Below, one piece after another: positions 58,087 through 64,000 of a DNA stretch of 64,000 bases. How positions within the stretch are numbered: the stretch's first letter is position 1; every line of letters starts with the position of its first letter. The notes below the pieces were generated by a model. That model was not told the DNA's origin and made no database searches. It saw nothing but the letters and a program-made list of their open reading frames with translations. This DNA comes from the human T2T-CHM13v2.0 reference genome, Homo sapiens: NCBI RefSeq assembly GCF_009914755.1, contig NC_060930.1; one strand, 5' to 3'. Both the position numbers and the translations under genes were made by a program.

Positions 58087-59928
58087 TGCTGTTTTCGTTA
58101 CTGTAGCCTTGTGATACGGTTTGAAGTTGGGTAGAATGATGTGTCCAGCTTTGTTTTTTTTTTTGCTTAGGATTGCCTTGGCTACTCGGGCTCTTTTTGG
58201 TTCCGTATGAATAAAATTATATAAATTTCTTAAAATTTAAATTAAAACATTTAAGATAATGTAAATAGGATGATACCATATTTGTTAATGTTTTTTGATC
58301 TTATTTTTTCTTTTTTGTCCAACGTTCACATGCTTCTTTCTTATTCTTTTCTCCTGTGTAATCCTCCAACAGATGTTTACAGCCTAGAATATATCTTTAT
58401 TTTTCTTTATGCTCAAATAATTGTATACACACATATATTTACATGTATTGCATAGAAATGCAAACGTAAGGGTTTTGATCATTGCATTATATAAAAGTAA
58501 AATTATACAGTCATAGGGCATAGTATAACTTGATCTGGTCTTAGGATTTAAATGAGGAAATTTATCCTCAGGCCATGTAACATGGAATAATCTTTGGTAA
58601 TTTTTATTTCATTCATTCAAGCAGAATAAATAAAATAATGCTCCAGCTATCTTTAATCATTGCTAAAACTTGTAATGAAAAACGCAAGAGCCTCTTTTCT
58701 TCCTTGGTCTACATGCTGCCTCATAGCCAGCTGAAGTGATATATTGTTCAGAATTTGAATTTATTGATCATATTACGTTTTCCAGAAATTCGCTAAACAA
58801 GGGGCTCTAATACATGTGCAGACAGGTAGGGAATACCCCCAAATGTACCTGGGTTATATCCTACCCCTTAGACAAATGGTAATAGGGCCTTGCCCGCTCA
58901 GGTTTGGTGATGATCCGATTTAGCTGCATCTATCACTGGTTGTTGCTCTTCCTATTGCTCCTAGTGGTAACTCCAGGCTCTACTAGAGAGTGACTAGTTT
59001 ATTCATGTGCTTCTTTAAGACCACTCTATTATATTTAAAAATAATCAAACTGATCCACACATACAGAAGCCTAATGAAGTCCTAACCTTGTCTTCCTTCT
59101 GCTCCCAAATGAAGAAGATGTGGGGAGAGAGAAAGTAGGCTTGAAGGGAAGTCCATCTCTGTCATTTCAGGACAGGCTTGGCCCTGTGCAGAGCTTTCTT
59201 AGAGCCCAGACTTTCAAGTAGTACCAACAGATTGGGGCTCCCAGTTCTTGGTGCCTGATGGTCAATCACAGAGCTGACCTAGCAAGGGGGATCTTGAGAG
59301 GGTCCACGGAAGATTGGTTTTATTCACAGGCTGTCCCCCTACCAACAGGTTTTCCTACCAGCAGGTCCCAGGCTGCCACCCCTCCCTGCAGTAAGGATTT
59401 TTGGAAGAATGCTAGTTGTCTGAGTATCTTGCCCTAACTGCCAACTTCAGTGAATTCTTTACAAATGGTTCTCAGAGAGCTACACAAGTTGTGTAGGAAT
59501 TTGGTGTATGGGACAGAGGAGTGGGAAGGAGAATGGGACAGAAAGGGAGGAAAAGGTAGAGGAAGTGGGAAGAAAGGGAGGAGGAGAAGAAGGGACAGGA
59601 TGAGGCTTGCCTAGAACCTCAGCTCCGTTAGGAGAGACAGACTGGATCCCATAGTGTGGGATGGTAACTCTCTTCAGTTAGTTTTAAAAATGACATGAGT
59701 AATGAGTGGGGAAGGAAAGAGCAGCCAATGGGATGGTTTAGAGGAAGCCATGAGACCCAAGGGAGGAAGTCTGGCAAATGAGGGTGAAGCAGAGTTATTA
59801 GATCCTTTGGGAGAAAAATCCTGGAAGACTTAGGCTGATCCTATTTTTGTAGGGATCACTCACACCATTATCTAGTGGGGCAGTTGATGCATGACAGCTG
59901 CCCATTGATGTCTGTGAAGGTAATTGCT

Positions 59929-60290
59929 TGCTTTAAAGTTCATTCATGCTGCTAAAACAGAATATCATAGGCTAGGTAGTTTATAAACAAAAGACATTTA
60001 TTTTTCACAGTTCTGAAGCCTGGGAAGTCCAAGATCAAGGTGCTGGCTGATTTGGTGTCTGGTGAAGGCCCACTTCCTTGTAGATGGCATCTTCTTGCTG
60101 TGTCCTCACGTGATGGAAAAGTGAATGAGATCCCTGAGATCCCTTTTATAAGGCCACTAATCCTATTCATGAGTCTCCACCCTCATGATTACCTCAAAGT
60201 GGCCCCACCTCCTAATACCATCACATTGGTGGTCAGGATCTCAATACATGGGAATTTGGTGGGGGGCACACAAACATTCAGTCCATAATA
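59929..60290 (-). mobile_element. MLT1A-type solo LTR
   Basis: gggaagtccaagatcaaggtgctggctgatttggtgtctggtga...cctcctaataccatcacattgg. Confidence 0.87.
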
Positions 60291-61131
60291 ATGCTACAAA
60301 CAGATTTTCTTGGAAGTTGGTTGCCTCTTTGGGAATAGCAAGAAGGTACTCAGATGTAAAGTTTGCAGTTAGCATCTTCTTTTGCTTTAAGTTGGTTTAT
60401 CATGATAAAATTAGAGTTGGCACCCTTAAAAATACTTAAGACTATTTGTACACATCTCTTCTGCATATATTTTCTTTCCCTGAGCCCATTTTTATAGTCT
60501 TTGAAGCTTAAAATATAAACCTCCAAATGACCAACCCCATCTTTTGCTTGGCATTCTAGTGATCTTTATTTTTTTTTTTTAGAATGGCCTCAGGCACCAA
60601 CATTGTGGCAATGTGTGGGGTACAGAAGAGTGGCTGTGATAAAGTAACTCAAAAGAGGTTAGGGTTTTATTTAAGTACAGGGTAGGGAACTATTCTAAGT
60701 GTGATAAGCCATCTTCCTGACCAGTGAGGAGCTAGTGAAAGGTAGCTAACCTTCCACAATGCTTCCAGAGGGCTGGAAGCCCTGACTTTTTGCAGCTTGG
60801 CAGGAACATCTGTAAAGGCTTCGGACTGGAACCTGCAACTTGCCGGCACTAGTGGGAAGCTAGTGATCTCTGTGTCTGAATAAAAGGTTGATGATTTTTA
60901 TGTAGATACAAATTCAGAGAAACTGTCAGTTCTCTAATAACATATGGAAAAATTCTAAATTATAAAATTTTTATTATTTTCTTAATAATAAGATACTTTT
61001 TGCAGCACTTATCAGAGCCCTTTTATCTAGACTTGTGAGATTTAGCAAATAAGAGTAGTATTTTATCCCGCAATTCTGCCTTTATCCCATTAGCAATATT
61101 AGCATTTCCATCCAAATAGATCATGCTTACA

Positions 61132-61970
<839 letters not shown>

Positions 61971-61990
61971 CTTTAAAAGCAACATGCAAG

Positions 61991-62302
<312 letters not shown>

Positions 62303-63741
62303 CCAACATGCAATTTTTCTATGATTTTAATTGTAAACAAAAATTTTTTTAATTTCTATTCATCCCTTTTGCTGTTTAAATTGGGTAATGTTCATATAAT
62401 GCTGCGAAAGACTTCCTTACTATCTGCTTTCCTGCCCCCAGTAAAAAGGAAGAAAAAATGGAGAAATTATTTCTATATCAAATAAAATGCAAAACAGGAG
62501 AGGAAGTTCCTTACATAATTACATTAAAAACTGATAGTGAATTTTTTGAGGAATACTGAAAATCCTTCAAGCCTAGGAATGTTTGTAAAGTTCTGAAGCT
62601 TTGCTTGTTCCTGAATATTAAAACAGAGCCAAAGGTTTTCCTTTTTATTATTTTGAATAAAAAACTCCAAGAACCCTTCATGTAAATCTCGACACTAAGC
62701 CCATCTTTCCTTGTCTTGCCCCTTGAATCATTTATTTAAGCGGGCAATAATAAAAGGTGTCAGCAATTCAGTTGTGAGCTCTGGAAGATTTCTGTGCGCA
62801 TTGACCTTTAAGCATTTGCATCTTGACAGGTGAGCTGTTCTTACTGTTTCCTGTGAGATATGGTGCGGCCAAGGGGTCAGGCATGCTAATGACAAAATTA
62901 CCATTTACCTTTTACCTGGCAGGCCCGGTGCCTGACATTATAAATGTAGGTAACCTTTCACCTGAAGCTCTCTTTTGCTCTAGTAGAGATTATGTCGGAA
63001 TGAACTTACTTATGGTGGCAGAAGAGTTATGGGCGAAGAAGGACTGAATTTAGTGCATTTTTTTCCCTTTGGGTTTCTTTTTGGGGATGCCTTTTCTCTC
63101 GCAGTCATTCTGCATAAAACATTACTGTTCTTGGTGTGGGGCTAGAGGGGGGTGATTGGAGCAGGGTTAGGGGAGAAGAATGCTGTTTTTGTCATCTTGT
63201 GTTCTTGACATTTTTGAAGCATGGCTGTTTCTCTCCTTTCTCTAAAGCTGCAGGTATTAATGAGGTTTTACTGGTGGCCCGCCTTCATCTATAACTGCCG
63301 TCCTTTTCCTGCTGATTCCAACAGAATGGCATTTCAGGGCTACTGGATACCAGATACGGTTAAGTAGTTAGGGGAACTGGTGGCGATTGGCAGAGATGCA
63401 GGCCTCTAGCGGATGCAGAAGGAAAATAAAACACAGAGGGGCACCAGCAACAGGAGGGGTCTGAAGAGGCAGAGGGCAGCTTGGCCAAGTCAAATAAAGT
63501 TAATGAAAGATCATGTGATTGCCAACTTCTTAGGCTAGCCAGTTGATGCTGTGTATGTCATCTTTTGACATATTCATCGGTTAGTCTTTAAGGTGTCATG
63601 GGGTGAGTGCATTCTCTATAATAACACTTAGCTAAATATCCTGAGACTGGCCTGGGCCAAAATTAAAATAAGAATGCTTACATTATTAGGTAGTAAGATT
63701 CATCAGTGAGTGTCTACTTCCTGGTGGTGCTGAGTGGAGCC

Positions 63742-63908
63742 AAGGAAGGGGGATAGAAGGAAGGGAAAGAAGAAAAGAAAGAGAGAGTGAGGAAGAGAGG
63801 AAAGGAGGGAGGGAGAGAGGGAAGAAAGGAGGGAAAGAGGGAGGAAAGGAGAAAGGAGAGAAGGTGGGGAGGAGAGATGGAGAGGGAGAGAGCAGGAAAG
63901 AGGGGAAA
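63742..63908. repeat. GA-rich polypurine tract
   Basis: ~165 bp nearly pure A/G. Confidence 0.85.
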
Positions 63909-64000
63909 GCCTTATTTTCTGCTCTTGGTGGAAAACCCTTCCAAAGCAAGAAACCTAGGTCACTGCAGCCTAATAAGAGAGAGTGGAAGATGTGTGGGGC

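Overview
A 64 kb window of primate (hominoid, probably human) non-coding DNA. I can support no protein-coding exon, RNA gene or CRISPR array. The supplied ORFs are Alu-, L1-, L2- or LTR-derived, or are chance frames. The window holds about 32 Alus, 4 L1 remnants, about 12 LTRs (including a solo LTR12C), MIR/L2 fragments and several DNA-transposon fossils (Tigger3, MER47, MER53, MER96B, MER5, MADE1). Several repeat-free, motif-dense blocks lie between them and resemble developmental enhancers. All L1s and most LTRs and Alus are on the minus strand, which suggests an intron of a + strand transcription unit; the gene cannot be identified from sequence alone. Most unusual structures: (1) an ungapped 144 bp inverted repeat (134/144 identical, 13866-14009 vs 15067-15210) that I do not recognise as a known TE, flanking a 1057 bp spacer; (2) a + strand LTR12C with its promoter motifs intact but its own poly(A) signal apparently deleted; (3) inside that LTR, an AluYb-lineage element with only 6 of the 8 Yb8 diagnostics and an unexpectedly degraded TSD. 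Smaller observations include a tailless Alu with a TSD, an old 57 bp duplication, and a CTCF motif created at an insertion junction. Repeat families were called by eye against remembered consensus sequences and should be confirmed with RepeatMasker/Dfam. I do not claim a new biological system; the inverted-repeat cassette is the best candidate for something undescribed.
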